From Dipteris shenzhenensis (lineage: Eukaryota): 64,000 nucleotides of DNA. A model generated the notes under the pieces. That model worked only from the letters and a program-made list of their open reading frames with translations, ran no database searches and was not told where the DNA came from. The translations under genes and the position numbers were made by a program. How positions within the stretch are numbered: position 1 is the first letter of the stretch; every line of letters begins with the position of its first letter. This document shows positions 27,514 to 39,636 of this stretch, piece after piece. The DNA lies in assembly GCA_047967505.1 (NCBI GenBank), contig CM106538.1; one strand, 5' to 3'.

Positions 27514-28538
27514 TGTTAGCTCTTTCCTACTGCTTTCGTAGAAAGAGCTGGGTTCTCTCAGTATGCAGGGTTTCGAGGCTTTTTGTCACCTACAGATACA
27601 GTGGGGTTATCGGTTGTAGTATATGTGTAGATTAGGACCTCGAGTCATGTTCTGATGAGAGATGTATGCTTAAGTGTGGTAAGCAAACAAAGTGCATGCA
27701 TGTGTAAAAGGAACATATATCATCATGATTGAGGTAATGAAGGCTTTCGCCTTCATTGGGGGTTGTAGGGTTTAGGAGGAGTTTAAGGGTTAGAAGGAGG
27801 TTTCAGGGTTAGAAGGAGGTTCCAAGGTTCATAAGGAGGTTCCAAGGTTAGAAGGAGGTTCCAGGGTTTAGAAGGAGTTCCAGGGTTTAGAAGGAGGTTC
27901 CAGGGTTTAGAAGGAGGTTCTAGGGTTCAGAAGGAGGTTCTAGGGTTAGAACGAGGTTCCAAGGTTTAGAAGGAGGTTCTAGGGTTTAGAAGGAGTCCAG
28001 GGTTAGAAGGAGATTCCAAGGTTCAGGGTAGAGTACATGGTGGAGAACTCGTCTTCCTCATAGATCATGGAGTTTAAGGGATGAGGAACAAAGGGTTTAG
28101 GGGGAGCATAGGAGTGGGAGAGAAAGAAGGTGTAAGAGCATAGGGAAAAGAAGAGAGAGAAGGGAGGAGGAGGAGGGAGGAGGATGAGAGAGGAGGAGGA
28201 GGAGGAGGAGGGAGGAGGAGGAGAAAGGAGGAGGGAGCAGGAGGAGAGGGAGAGGATGGGTTGCAAGGTTGGAGGACAGGGGAGGAGGAGTTGCAAGTTA
28301 GGACATGCTTTTGGACGTGGAGTGCAAGAATGGACACTTGAGACAAATGCTTGGAATACCAAAGTAGACTCAACACAATGCCCTAAAGAGTGTGGGCTTC
28401 ATTCCATTATGGGGTATTTATACAAGTTGGAGAGCTTCTCTCTCTGCATGTAGGAATTGTAACACAAAGTTGTAACACAAAGTTGTATCACAAAGTTGTA
28501 TCACAAAGTTGTAACACAAAGTTGTATCACAAAGTTGT
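27514..28538 (-). repeat. 5' LTR of the Athila-like element, first part (resumes at 34401 after a Copia insertion)
   Basis: High identity to 13609-14460; expanded 20-bp array at ~27765-28030. Confidence 0.88.
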
Positions 28539-28652
28539 TGTGGGGATTAAAGGTCACTATGCCTTTACCCCGGTTATGTACAATACTCAAACACATATAT
28601 AAATGAATGAAAAAGAAGATTAGGGTCGTTCTGCACCCACCAAAACTTGTGG

Positions 28653-28701
<49 letters not shown>

Positions 28702-31700
28702 TCCGTTCTTACTTCCGTTGAGAGCACTCTCAACTGGTATCAGAGCCCGGGTGATCTAGCTGAGCGTGCGTGAATGCTTGAAGCTCAGTAGCTTTGTGGG
28801 AGGAAGGAGAAGCTCTGTGGGTGACTTTACTTGCATCCAAGTGTGCAGAGACCTTGGAGGAACCTTTGGAAAAGTCACTTTGGTTTTGCGACGTGGTTTT
28901 GAGAGCCTGTTAAGTGTTTTCAAAGAAAAAGTCGTTTTTTGAGCTTTTCCCTGTTCCGTTCGATGATAGAGACTCCATATTGACTTGTAGAGGCAACTAT
29001 TGCTTGCTTTTGGTATCCACTTCACTTCAGGAGCTTGGAAACACCTTCATTCTTGAATCTAGGATCATTTCATTAGATTTCTGACTCACTGTGTCAGTTC
29101 CTGCGTTTTTTGCCCGGGTGTTGGAACTCAAGTTTGGAGCAACCATTTGCAGATCTGTCAGTTCTGGTGGACTCAGGAGGTCCTAAAACTTCTATGTTGC
29201 TCATTATTCACACTCCGGTGGAGTTTACAAACAGCTATGTTTCCAAAAACCTTTTTTAGTCCGTGTGTTGGACTCAGTGATTGAGACCACGGTTTCCAAA
29301 ACCGTCTGTCCCATTGCATTTCGGATGCCCAAAAACCCCTACCTGTCAGTTCTTGCGCAATTCGGTGGAGGATTTTCAGAGTTATAGATCTCTGTGTATT
29401 CGATTTCATCTCTCTGTTATGCATTTTTCATTCTAAGGTTTTGAAACCTTAGATTTATGCCACATGGCAGTGGATAAGTGTCGACTCCCATTTCTCACTC
29501 ATCGGTTGGGATTTTGGAGTTCTGGCAGAAGAGAGATACTTGCAGATTTTCTTACTGATTCCGATTATGCAATGGCGCCCATGTTTTGAGGCATCTCAGG
29601 TTCTATTTTCAGTAGCGGTCATTACTGTGGGACTATGATTTCTTGAGCATACCTTATGTAGATCACTCTGGTTGCAGTTTGAGCAGTGTGCGCTCATTCG
29701 TGGTATGCATTGGGTTCTAGTGGATGATTTATAGGCCATTTGGATGCATTGCAGTCCTTATTGGATGCGCTGATAGGCCCAAATTGCCTTGTGGGATGCT
29801 ATTTTTATGGACGCTTTGCACATGGATGCTATTTTATGCTAAGGGACAGCTTTCACACATTGCAGGTGATGCGCTGATAGTGCTATGCTCTCTTGGATGA
29901 GATACTATTAATGCATATGCCAGTGGACGGTGTTTATGCTTGAGTCATTTGGCACTTATTCGCATTTTCTTTTGGGCCAGATTTGCTCATATGGATGCAT
30001 AGTATATGCACATGAGTCAGATGCATCTTTTGATGCTTTGAGCTTTGAGTTTTGGTGATATTTCACTCTATTGTGGCATACACATTTGGGTGCACCTGGT
30101 ATTTGGTGTGATTCTCTCTTGCAGGCACTAGCAATTGGGATTTTGTTTCATTTGCATCATGGCATCCTCTTCCATGTCTGAAAAGGAGTTTTTCAGCATT
30201 AAAAAGTTTGATGGGACAAACTTTTCTTTGTGGAAAGAACAAATAAGGGATGTGCTTATTCAAAAGAAGCAGATTAAACCCTTGGCATGTATTGAAGCTA
30301 AGCTTGCGGATATGTCTGAGGATGATTGGAATGAGTTAGATGCATTAGCAAAGTCTACTATTAGACTTCATCTTGCAGAGTCAGTTTATTTCACAGTAGT
30401 AAATGAGCAGACTACGAAATATTTGTGGAAGAAACTGTGTGCCACTTATGAGAAGGAAACTGCCTCTAATAAAGTTTACCTCATGAAGAGGTTGTTTGAG
30501 CTGCAGATGAAGGAAGGGGTCTCCATTGCTTCTCACTTGAATGAATTAAATATTATTTTCAGCCAGCTTCAGGCTCAAAAAATGAATTTTGATGCAGAGA
30601 CTAAGGCAATATTTCTCTTATGTTCATTGCCATCCTCATGGGATACCTTCCGTACAGCTGTCAGTAACTCTGCACCTGGTGGAGTACTGAAATTTGATGA
30701 TGTTGTGGGTAGATTGTTGGCCGAGGAGATTAGACGGAAGGCTATGGATGGCAACAAGCAGGATGCAGCCTTAAATGTTCAAAGGGGCAGATCACAGCTC
30801 AGGGGGAAGTCCCAAGAAAGAGGGAAGTCTCGTAACAAATCTAGGGCATGGAACATTGAGTGTTACCACTATGGCAAGAAGGGCCATATGAAAAAGGATT
30901 GCTACAAGCTGAAAAGAGAGCAAAAGGATAAGAAAAAGAATGAAAATTGGGGTGCAAATCAAAAGGAAGAGAGTCCAAGGGAGGACAAAGGAAAAGTGAA
31001 GATGGAGGAGATCAATGCAGCCACACATGATAGTGACAATGACGTCATGTCTAGTTTATCTGCAGAGTTGCTTACCACTTTGAGATGATGCATATTCCCA
31101 GGATTGGATTTTGGATTCTGGTGCTTCATTCCATGTTACTCCCCATAGGGAATGGTTCTCCACTTATGACAGTGGAAAGACAGGTTGTGTGCATCTTGGA
31201 AATGACTATGCATGTGACATAGTGGGAGCAGGTGACATAAAGTTTTATTTTGCAAATGGGTCTGCATTTGTTTTGAAACATGTGAGACATGTGCCTAAGC
31301 TAACCAAGAGTCTTATTTCAGTGGGTCAGCTAGACGATGTTGGTTTTCACACCACTTTTGGCTTTCAGAGTTGGAAAATTCAGAAGGGCTCTATGCTTTT
31401 GGCCAGGGGTGCCAAGTGTGGGACTTTGTATCCCTTACATGTATCAGGGGTATTTGATCATGTTGTTGCAATAACCGAGCAGCCAAGCACTTCTTTGTGG
31501 CATTGCAGGTTGGGGCACATGAGCCATAATGGAATGAAACTCTTATGCCATTTGGGTTATGTACCGCGAGAAGGGGAAAGAAAGAGTTTGAAAAGCTTGA
31601 TTTGGTGCATTCAGACATATGTGGTCCCATGCCTACACGGTCATTAGGCGGGGCTGAATACTATGTGACATTCATTGATGATGCAACTAGGAAAGTGTGG

Positions 31701-34315
31701 GCTTATGCTATAGCTCGGAAGAGTGATGTGTTCCAGGTATTTCAGAAATGGCTGGCCTTGGTTGAGAATCAGTCAGGTAGAACGCTTAAATGCCTACGGA
31801 TTGACAATGGTGGAGAGTATCTCTCTCATGACTTTCACCATTTCTGTGATACATGTGGGATTAAGAGGGAGTTCACATCCCCTCGTACTCCAAAGCAAAA
31901 TCCAGTTGCAAAAAAGATGAACCGTACCATTCAAGAAAGGTTGCAATGCATGCTTTCCCATGCAAGTCTTTCTAGTGGTTTTTGGGCTGAGGCAATGAAG
32001 ACTGCAGTGCATATGATCAATAGATCACCTAGTAAGAGTTTGGATGGTGGTATTCCTGAAGAGGCATGGAGTGGCAAGAAGCCCTCTTACTCTCATTTGC
32101 GTATATTTGGGTGTGAGGCATATGCACATGTGCCAAAAGAGCTTCGAAAGAAGCTAGATCCTAAGTCTAGGAAATGCATCTTTCTGGGTTATGGTGAAAG
32201 TGGAGAGATGGGCTATCGTCTCTGGGATCCAGAAGCAAAGAAGATCATATGCAGCCATGATGTGGTCTTCAATGAGAAGAAGATGCATAAAGCACCCATG
32301 AGGGATGTGGAAATGAGGAGAATCACTTTCTAGGATGTGAATCCACCTGCATATGTTGATAGATAGCAAGCTGTCCATGCACCAAATGTGTAAGAAATGG
32401 TACCACCAAGTACTCCCATAGGTATACAATCAAGGGTAGATGATGGATCATCTATTGGTGGAAATGATGAGCCAAATGTGGCTGATATGCAGGTGGGACA
32501 GCAAGCTGAAATGCCCTTGAGAAGATCTTCTAGAGTGTCTAGACCACCTGATAAGTTTATTCCAGGGGTAGACTATGTGATGCTTACTGATTGCAGGGAG
32601 CCTTCTTGCTATAGAGAGGCTATGATGCGTGAGGATCAATGCAAGTGGGAGTATGCTATGCAATCAAAGATGAGTTCACTTATGAAGAATAAGACTTGGG
32701 ACTTGGTTTCTTTTCCACATGGAAAGAAAGCATTGCCATGTAAATGGGTCTACAAAATGAAGGTCACAGGTGATGATGTGCCTAGGTACAAGGCCCGTTT
32801 GGTTGCTAAAGGGTTCAAGCAAGAGAAGGGTGTGGAATTCGATGAGATATTCTCTCCGGTTGTGAAGATGACCACACTTAGATGCATGCTTGGACTAGTG
32901 GCAGTAGAGGATATGGAGCTTATGCAGATGGATGTCAAGACAGCTTTCTTGCATGGGGATTTGCATGAGGAAATTTACATGGTGCAACCGGAAGGCTTTG
33001 AAGAAAAGGGCAAAGAGCATTTAGTTTGCAAGTTGAAGAAGAGTCTCTATGGTCTTAAGCAAGTGCCTAGAGAATGGTATCAGAAGTTTGATGCTTTCAT
33101 TCGGTCCTAGGGTTTTAGAAGGAGTGAAATTGATCAGTGCCTCTACACTAAAAGGGCTAAGGATAATAGCCTGATAATCTTGGCACTATATGTGGATGAT
33201 ATGCTATTGGCTAGCAAGAATACTTTTGAGCTAGATGCATTAAAGGCCAAGTTGCATGAGTTCTTTTGTATGAAGGATTTGGGATTTGCAAGTCATATTC
33301 TTGGTATGCGCATCACGCGTGATCGGAGTAGGAAACTCCTTTGGCTTTCACAAAAAGAGTATGTTACAAAAGTATTGCAGCGTTTCAATATGGAGGGGGG
33401 GAAGGCAGTGAGTACTCCATTGCCTCCATATGTGAAACTGAGTCATACAGATAGTCCCAAATCAGATGAGGAGAGGGCCATGATGGCCAAGGTTCCTTAT
33501 GCACCAGCAGTTGGGAGTCTTATGTATGCTATGATAGCTACTAGACCAGACATTGCATTTGCAGTGGGAGTTGTTAGCCGGTATATGGCTAATCCAAGAA
33601 AGAGGCATTGGGAGGTAGTTAAGTGCATCGTGAGGTACATGAAGGGTACCAAGGAGATGTGCATCTGCTTTGGTAGAGGAGACATGTGTGTACTTGGGTA
33701 CACAGATTCAGACTATGCAGGGCATGTGGATAGTAGGAGATCCACTTCTGGTTATGTGTTCACCTTTGCAGGTGGTGCAGTGTCGTGGATGTCTCACGCA
33801 CAGAAGTGCGTTGCTTTTTCTACCACAAAGGCTGAGTATGTTGCAGCCACAGAGGGTTGCAAGGAGGCTATATGGCTTGATTAGCTAGTGGGAGATTTGG
33901 GGATTCATACAGGTGTACCAACATTGCATAGTGATTCCATGAGTGCTATATTCAGCTAGCACGGAATCCGGTCTTTCATGCAAAGACCAAACACATTGAG
34001 GTCAGGTACCATTTCATCAGGAAGGTACTTGAGGACAAGCGCATAGAGCTTGTCAAGGTTCATACAGATGATAACCCTGCAGATATGCTGACGAAGAGTC
34101 TACCTAGTCAGCGGTTTGAGTATTGTCGTGTATTGATGGGCATTGGATAGTATGCTCACTGGTTGTTCTCCCTTAAAGGCACATTGTCCTTTAAGTGGGA
34201 GGTTGTGGGGGTTAAAGGTCACTGTGCCTTTACCCCAGTTATGTACAATACTCAAACACATATATAAATGAATGAAAAAGATGATTAGGGTGGTTCTGCA
34301 CCCACCAAAACTTGT

Positions 34316-34366
<51 letters not shown>

Positions 34367-34400
34367 TCTTCCGTTCTTGCTTCCGTTGAGAGCACTTTCA
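28539..34400 (+). mobile_element. Ty1/Copia LTR retrotransposon (Tnt1/Tork-like), decayed
   Basis: Short LTRs 28539-28732 and 34204-34400, each with a (CT)n tract. Exact TSD GTTGT. PBS TGGTATCAGAGC 28735-28746; PPT AAGTGGGAGG before 34204; ~1.4-kb leader. Confidence 0.95.
30159..34150 (+). pseudogene. Copia gag-pol pseudogene
   Basis: KFDGTNFSLWK gag, LDSGASFH protease, VHSDICGP integrase, QMDVKTAFLHG and YVDD RT, YTDSDYAG RNase H. Several stops and frameshifts. Confidence 0.93.
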
Positions 34401-36089
34401 GTTGTAACACAAAGTTGTAACACATTCTCTTTCTACATGTAGAAGTTGTAATACATTCTCTTTCTACATGTAGAAGTTGTAACACATTCTCTTTCTACAT
34501 GTAGAAGTCATATGTCGAAGTTGTAACACAAATTTGTGCAGGTGTGCAATATAAACTAGTCTCAAACTCAGGTTCTATCATTTAAAGGTAACTGATTAAA
34601 CACTCCCTTTGGAGCTGTAGAGGCAAATCATGGGTGTGTGGACAAAGCCAAAGGAGACAAGCCACAAATTCTCGTGGAGCCAAACATTTGTGACAAATAC
34701 TCGGAGCAATATGTTTTCATGCCAAGAGCTACCCACCAGAAAACTGGAGCAATATGTTTTTGTGCCAAGGGGAAGAAACCCTAGCATCAATCACCACAAA
34801 AAAACCTATTTTCGAAGAGGAACATTGGAACTCCAGAGCTCCTATAATCTTTTCCACCACCACTTTGCCAGGCGATTCATGTGCCAAAACTAATTTGCAT
34901 TATCTAAAACCAATGTGGGGCAACAAAGCTTTATACAAAGAAGGTACCATAATGTGGGATAGCCTCAAAAGATGCACTAATGAATCTAGGGAATCCAATC
35001 TTCAAGCCTATCCTTAAGCTCAAGTGGTAGCACTACCAGAAAAGACCGAAGCGTTTGAGTAATATTTTTCCATAGAGAATGATAATGCATTCCTAAACCA
35101 TATTGTCTGGCAACCAAAAAAAAGGATATCACGGTACCATCGTCATGAATCACATCAGCTACAAAGCAGAGCTCTTTGAAACTAATAAAATAGGAATGTC
35201 TAGTTCCTACAAATCTAGGGAAGGAAACCTTTGACCAATGTATACTTTCAGCTCTTAAAGCTTTTCCCTACAAATAGTCGTGGCGGCCATGCCATTCTAG
35301 GTGGGAGAGGATATGCTTCCAATCAAATGACACTTTGGAGACCAAAGGGTAGCCTTGATCCCACCATCAATACAACCATAAAGAAAATCCCACTGAGTTG
35401 GCTGCCCAATAACCAAAAGCATGGGTGGTGATTTGTAAAAGCAAATAGCACATCATGGCAGCCCAAGGTTGATCTCCTTGCATAAATTGCAGCATCATTT
35501 TCCCCTTATGAGAGCAAGGATATGCACATGAATGTTAAGAATATTTAAACTCCCATGCATCTTTGGCGAATAGGGATGTTGCACTAAAAGCAATCTCAAA
35601 CTTTTTCCTGCCATGTTTGGAATGCCAAAAAGTTTCCATAATGGCTGACATAAAGTATGTAAGATCTCCCTTGCCAAATATGACCAAATGCAGGTAAAAC
35701 TAAATGTATGCGATCAAAATAGATTGGACTATCCATAGTCAAACATGCAACGGCAAAGTTGCCAATTTCCAATATTCAAGCTTTTTCTTCAATTTTGCAA
35801 GTACCAAGTAATCATCTAGCCCAAAGGATAACCAAATGGCAAACTAACCATTAGGGGAGAAATGGGATCTCAAAAGGGCCTCATAAGGAATGGATTAAGA
35901 AATGGGTTAGTCCTAATGAAAGGGCCAAGGAGGGGCCAAGGTAGGTCCGAAAAAGTCCTAACCGCCCCCCACCTAGGTGGGTTAAGCCCAAAAGTGACCC
36001 AACCTCTTACACCGCTTACACAACTCTTACTCCTAAGTGGGAACAAGCAAATTCAAAATTCAAAATTCAAATTTTGAATTCCATTACTC

Positions 36090-36530
36090 GTTCTCTCTCC
36101 TCCCTCCCTCCCTCCCCCTCCCTCCCCCCTCCCTCCCCCTCCTCACTCCCTCCTCCCCCTCCCCCTCCTCACTCCCTCCTCCCCCTTCCCCTCGTCAATC
36201 CCTCCTGCCCCTCCCTCCTCCTACCCCTCCCTCCCTCCTCCATGCTTACTCCTTCTCCCCTCCCCCTCCCTCCCTCCTCCACACCTGCTCCTCCTTCCCT
36301 CCCCCTCCCTCCTCCTCCATGATTGCTCCTCCTCCCCCATCCCTCTTGCTCCTCCCTCCTCCCTCCCTGCTCTTCCACGCCTACTCCTGCTCACCCTCCA
36401 TGCCTGCTGGTCCACCCCCCTTCCCTCCTCTTCAATTGCTGGTCCTCCCTCCCCCATCCCTCCTCCTCCTTGCCATGCCCCTTCCTACGTGTTGCTCCTT
36501 CAAGCCTACTTCTCCACACCTTCTCCTTCT
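36090..36530 (+). repeat. Pyrimidine-rich (CCT/CCCT) low-complexity tract upstream of the transposase
   Basis: Seen directly. Confidence 0.85.
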
Positions 36531-36546
36531 CTACACTCCTTTACTC

Positions 36547-39184
36547 ATGGCACCATTTGAGAACGTCTCCAACTACTACCAAGTTCACTTAGAGTTGGAG
36601 GCTGAGTATGCAAGCACACAGTTTGGGATGGATGGGAGCTTCCAAAATGCACACTTTTCATCCGCAAGGAAAGAAGCATCTCGACCTTTGGGTAGAAGGA
36701 TCCTTGTATCCTTTAGATAGTACCAACCGAAAGAGCCCTCCTTTCCATACAATGCATGAGCTAGTTTGGTTTGTTGGAAATGGACATGCGGGGTTGCTTG
36801 GTTATTGCAATCGGTTAAACAATGCTCACTCATTGGCTATGCAAGCAAGTGAAATGTGGGGTTGCTTGGTTATTGCAATCGATTAAACAATGCTCAATCA
36901 ATGGCTATGCAAGCAAAGCGAGATGTGCAGAGCCAAAGCAAAGTAGCTAGCACATTTCAAAAATAGCACCATTATTGCAATGCATAACTCTATGCAGGAT
37001 CTTCAAAGGAAGAACGAGGATATTCATGATAAAGCCAAAGCATTGGACCTAGAGTGACAGAAATTACAAAAGTGACTCTGTAAGCTAACTGAAACCAAAA
37101 AAGGCTTGGAAAGATCTATATACAATCAAGTTCAAGGAGCCATAGAGAAGGAACCAAAGAAGGCAAAATAACGAGTGCAAAAGATAAAAGAGGCACCTTT
37201 GGGATTGAAGGATAGGAAAATAGGGTACTTACATAACATGGATGCATTGGCACCCACTGGTGGTGCTAGAAAGAGGAGGGTCCGGGCTACAAGGTTGGTT
37301 ATTAAATGTTCCAATGAAATTACACTCTTTTGTGCTACACTATTTGTGACTAAGTTTTTCTTGTGTTCTTCTTTAGGAACTTCATGGAAGATGTGATGGG
37401 AAGAACGGACGGGGATGATATTGATTGTTCATATGCTCTAGCTAGTTTATTAAAGTCAAGCGATGTCATTGGGATACTAGGGGCCCCAAGATACAAGCGC
37501 CTATGTGTGCAATTTGCTAAAAAGGTGATGAAGGACTTCAAGGATATTGTGGACGCAAAGGAGATGCTTCCAGCTTGTGATATTGCGAGTGTAAGTCGTG
37601 AAGCTTACACATCTGTTTTCAAAATTTTCAAGTCTGGTATTTTGGGAAAGTACAAGAAGTCTATAGTGCCCGGGTAGTGCCCCTACCCACACCTTGGTCT
37701 GTGAGACGTGCACAAACCAACATGCAAGAGAAATACTTGGACAGTACCATTGCGTAAGGGGCACAATGACTTGGAAGAGTAAAAAGAAATCTGGCTTGCA
37801 AACCTTTGAGATGAATTTTTTCAACAATGTCTACATAGATGTTGAGAAATTGCAACAAGCAATGGTCAAATTCTATGGCATGAGAGAAGATGGTAAGAGG
37901 AAATCCATAATAGCATTGCACTTTACTTAGTTCATTTCCTATATCATGTTTATCCTAATGATTTCTCTCTTTTATTGTATAGAATGCAATGGAAAGCTCA
38001 TATTTGTCATCAAAATGGATGAAGCTCAATTGGTGAAAGAACAAAAGTTAGAGAGAGTGAGCATCTGCATATGAATAAATCCTTAGCCTTTGTTCAAGGA
38101 AACGAGGAAGTAGAGTAAGATTTCTCAGTGCAATTAGAGAAAGAGATATGGTGGCTTGCAGCATTTGAGACTCCGAAAGCGTGCCATGAGACATTGAAGT
38201 GGGTTCTAGATAGTGGGATCCCATCTTGCCCATCCCACTAGAGAGAGTACACATATGTACTTTATGCATAGAACTGCGCATACTTGATAAGTTGTTGTAT
38301 TTGCATCTTGTTTATGCTTAGAATTTAATTCCGCAAGAAGTATCCACACGATGCATTGCAGAAGTTGAGAAGTTGATGTCAGAGATAGAATTCCATGGAG
38401 GACATGTCAAACTTGAGGATAAGAAAATGTCTGGGGCAACACATAATCTTCTTGCTAAAGTGTCTATGGGTGGAGGGAAGGCAAGGAGATTCCTATCTAA
38501 CCACAATATCAACAAAGACAAACATACATTGTTTCAAAGCAGTTTGGGTTGGGAATACTGGAAAGCATTGTGTGAATGCATGACCAATAAGGCTTCTCAT
38601 CCTCAAGTAGCAACTTTGAGAGCTAAATTATGGACAAGGTAGATGCATTGATAAAATTGCTTTGCCAGGTTCAAATCGATGAGATGTATTATGAAAGGTT
38701 CAGGATGGCTGTGAAAGATTTATGAAATTAATGGTGGTGAAAGCACGGGGGGAGTCACACATTACGCATTACATGGTAATCTTATCACCATCGTAATATT
38801 TAGCACTTGCTTTATAAAAAGTTTTTGTTTGCTGAAATGATGCTCATCATGTTCTCTATGCACACAGACCATGGTTTGTACAAAATTGGGGCCCTTTGTC
38901 CATTTGGAATACACAAGGCATGGAGAAGTCGCACCATAGAGCCAAGGCAACCTGTTTCAAGAACTCAAGGGCATGGTGGTGGTGTCACTCGTAGCAATGC
39001 ATTGCATGAGATGTTTGACTGGTTTTTAAGATGTCTACTAGGTAGGACTTTGAAGTTTGAAAAGGCAAAGGCATCAGAATTTGCAAAAGCAGTTCAAATT
39101 GTATCAAAGAATAGAAGGCATAGTGCTTGGAAAGCATCCATAGGGAGACGAGGAGTCATATATGTTGGTTGCAAGCTAGAGTGA
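36547..39184 (+). pseudogene. Decayed intron-containing DDE transposase of RAG1/Transib-like (CMC group) type
   Basis: Manual splicing and translation gives ECNGKLIFVIKMDEAQ (candidate first Asp 38018-38020, after a GT-AG intron 37893-37982), WDPILPIPLERVHICTLCIELRILDKLL (~38214-38295), and ITHYM|HVLYAHRPWFVQNWGPLSIWNTQGMEKSH (38761-38775 plus 38848-38934). The last motif parallels RAG1 ITNYFHKTLAH...GSIGAWASEGNE. Stops and frameshifts present. Confidence 0.7.
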
Positions 39185-39309
39185 TAGAAGGGACGAGATG
39201 GGTCCAACCAGCAATAGAAGCTATGGTGTAATTGTATACAGTTATGAAATGAATATCTTGCTTATTTTGACCACAATTTGTGTACTCGTTCTTAGAGTCC
39301 AAGGTCTGT

Positions 39310-39550
39310 GCGAGGTAAGGAGGTTGGGGAAGGTGGGGAAAGGGTGAAGGAGGGGGAAGAGAAGGAAGGGGCACAGGGCGGGGCAAGGGGGAGGGGGCGG
39401 AGTGGTAGCAAGGGTGGGGGGAGGGGTGTGATGGTGGGATGGGGGATATGGGGAAGGGCGACGGGTGTGGGTGGGGGAAGTAGGGGGGAGGGCAACCGTG
39501 GGAGGGCGACGAGAGTGGGGGGGTTGGAGGGGTTAAAGCGGGGGGCATGA
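39310..39550 (+). repeat. G-rich low-complexity spacer between the transposase and the H3-like gene
   Basis: Seen directly. Confidence 0.85.
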
Positions 39551-39596
39551 TGAAATCCTAAACGTAATTAAAAGGGGTGTCAAAAGATGATGGGAC

Positions 39597-39604
39597 TATA
39601 TAAA
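39597..39604 (+). promoter_or_regulatory. Putative TATA box of the H3-like gene
   Basis: TATATAAA ~35 bp upstream of ATG 39637; AATAAA at 40688-40693, ~90 bp after the stop. Confidence 0.4.
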
Positions 39605-39636
39605 ACATTTTTAAAAACCCTACCTCTCATTATTCA

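Larger units (their letters stand above)
13609..34537 (-). mobile_element. Athila-like Ty3/Gypsy LTR retrotransposon, decayed, hosting two Copia insertions
   Basis: LTR copies start TGTTAGCTCTTTC at 13609 and 27514. Minus-strand PBS TGGCACCATTGTTGGGGA just inside 27514 resembles the tRNA-Asp-type PBS of Athila. Gag-pol remnants at 15450-19590. Similarity of the right LTR ends near 34537; no TSD recovered. Confidence 0.82.

Noticed and set aside
34540-36080. Left terminus (TIR) of the transposase-H3 element
   Set aside because: No convincing inverted match to 40600-43900 found by eye; region left unassigned.
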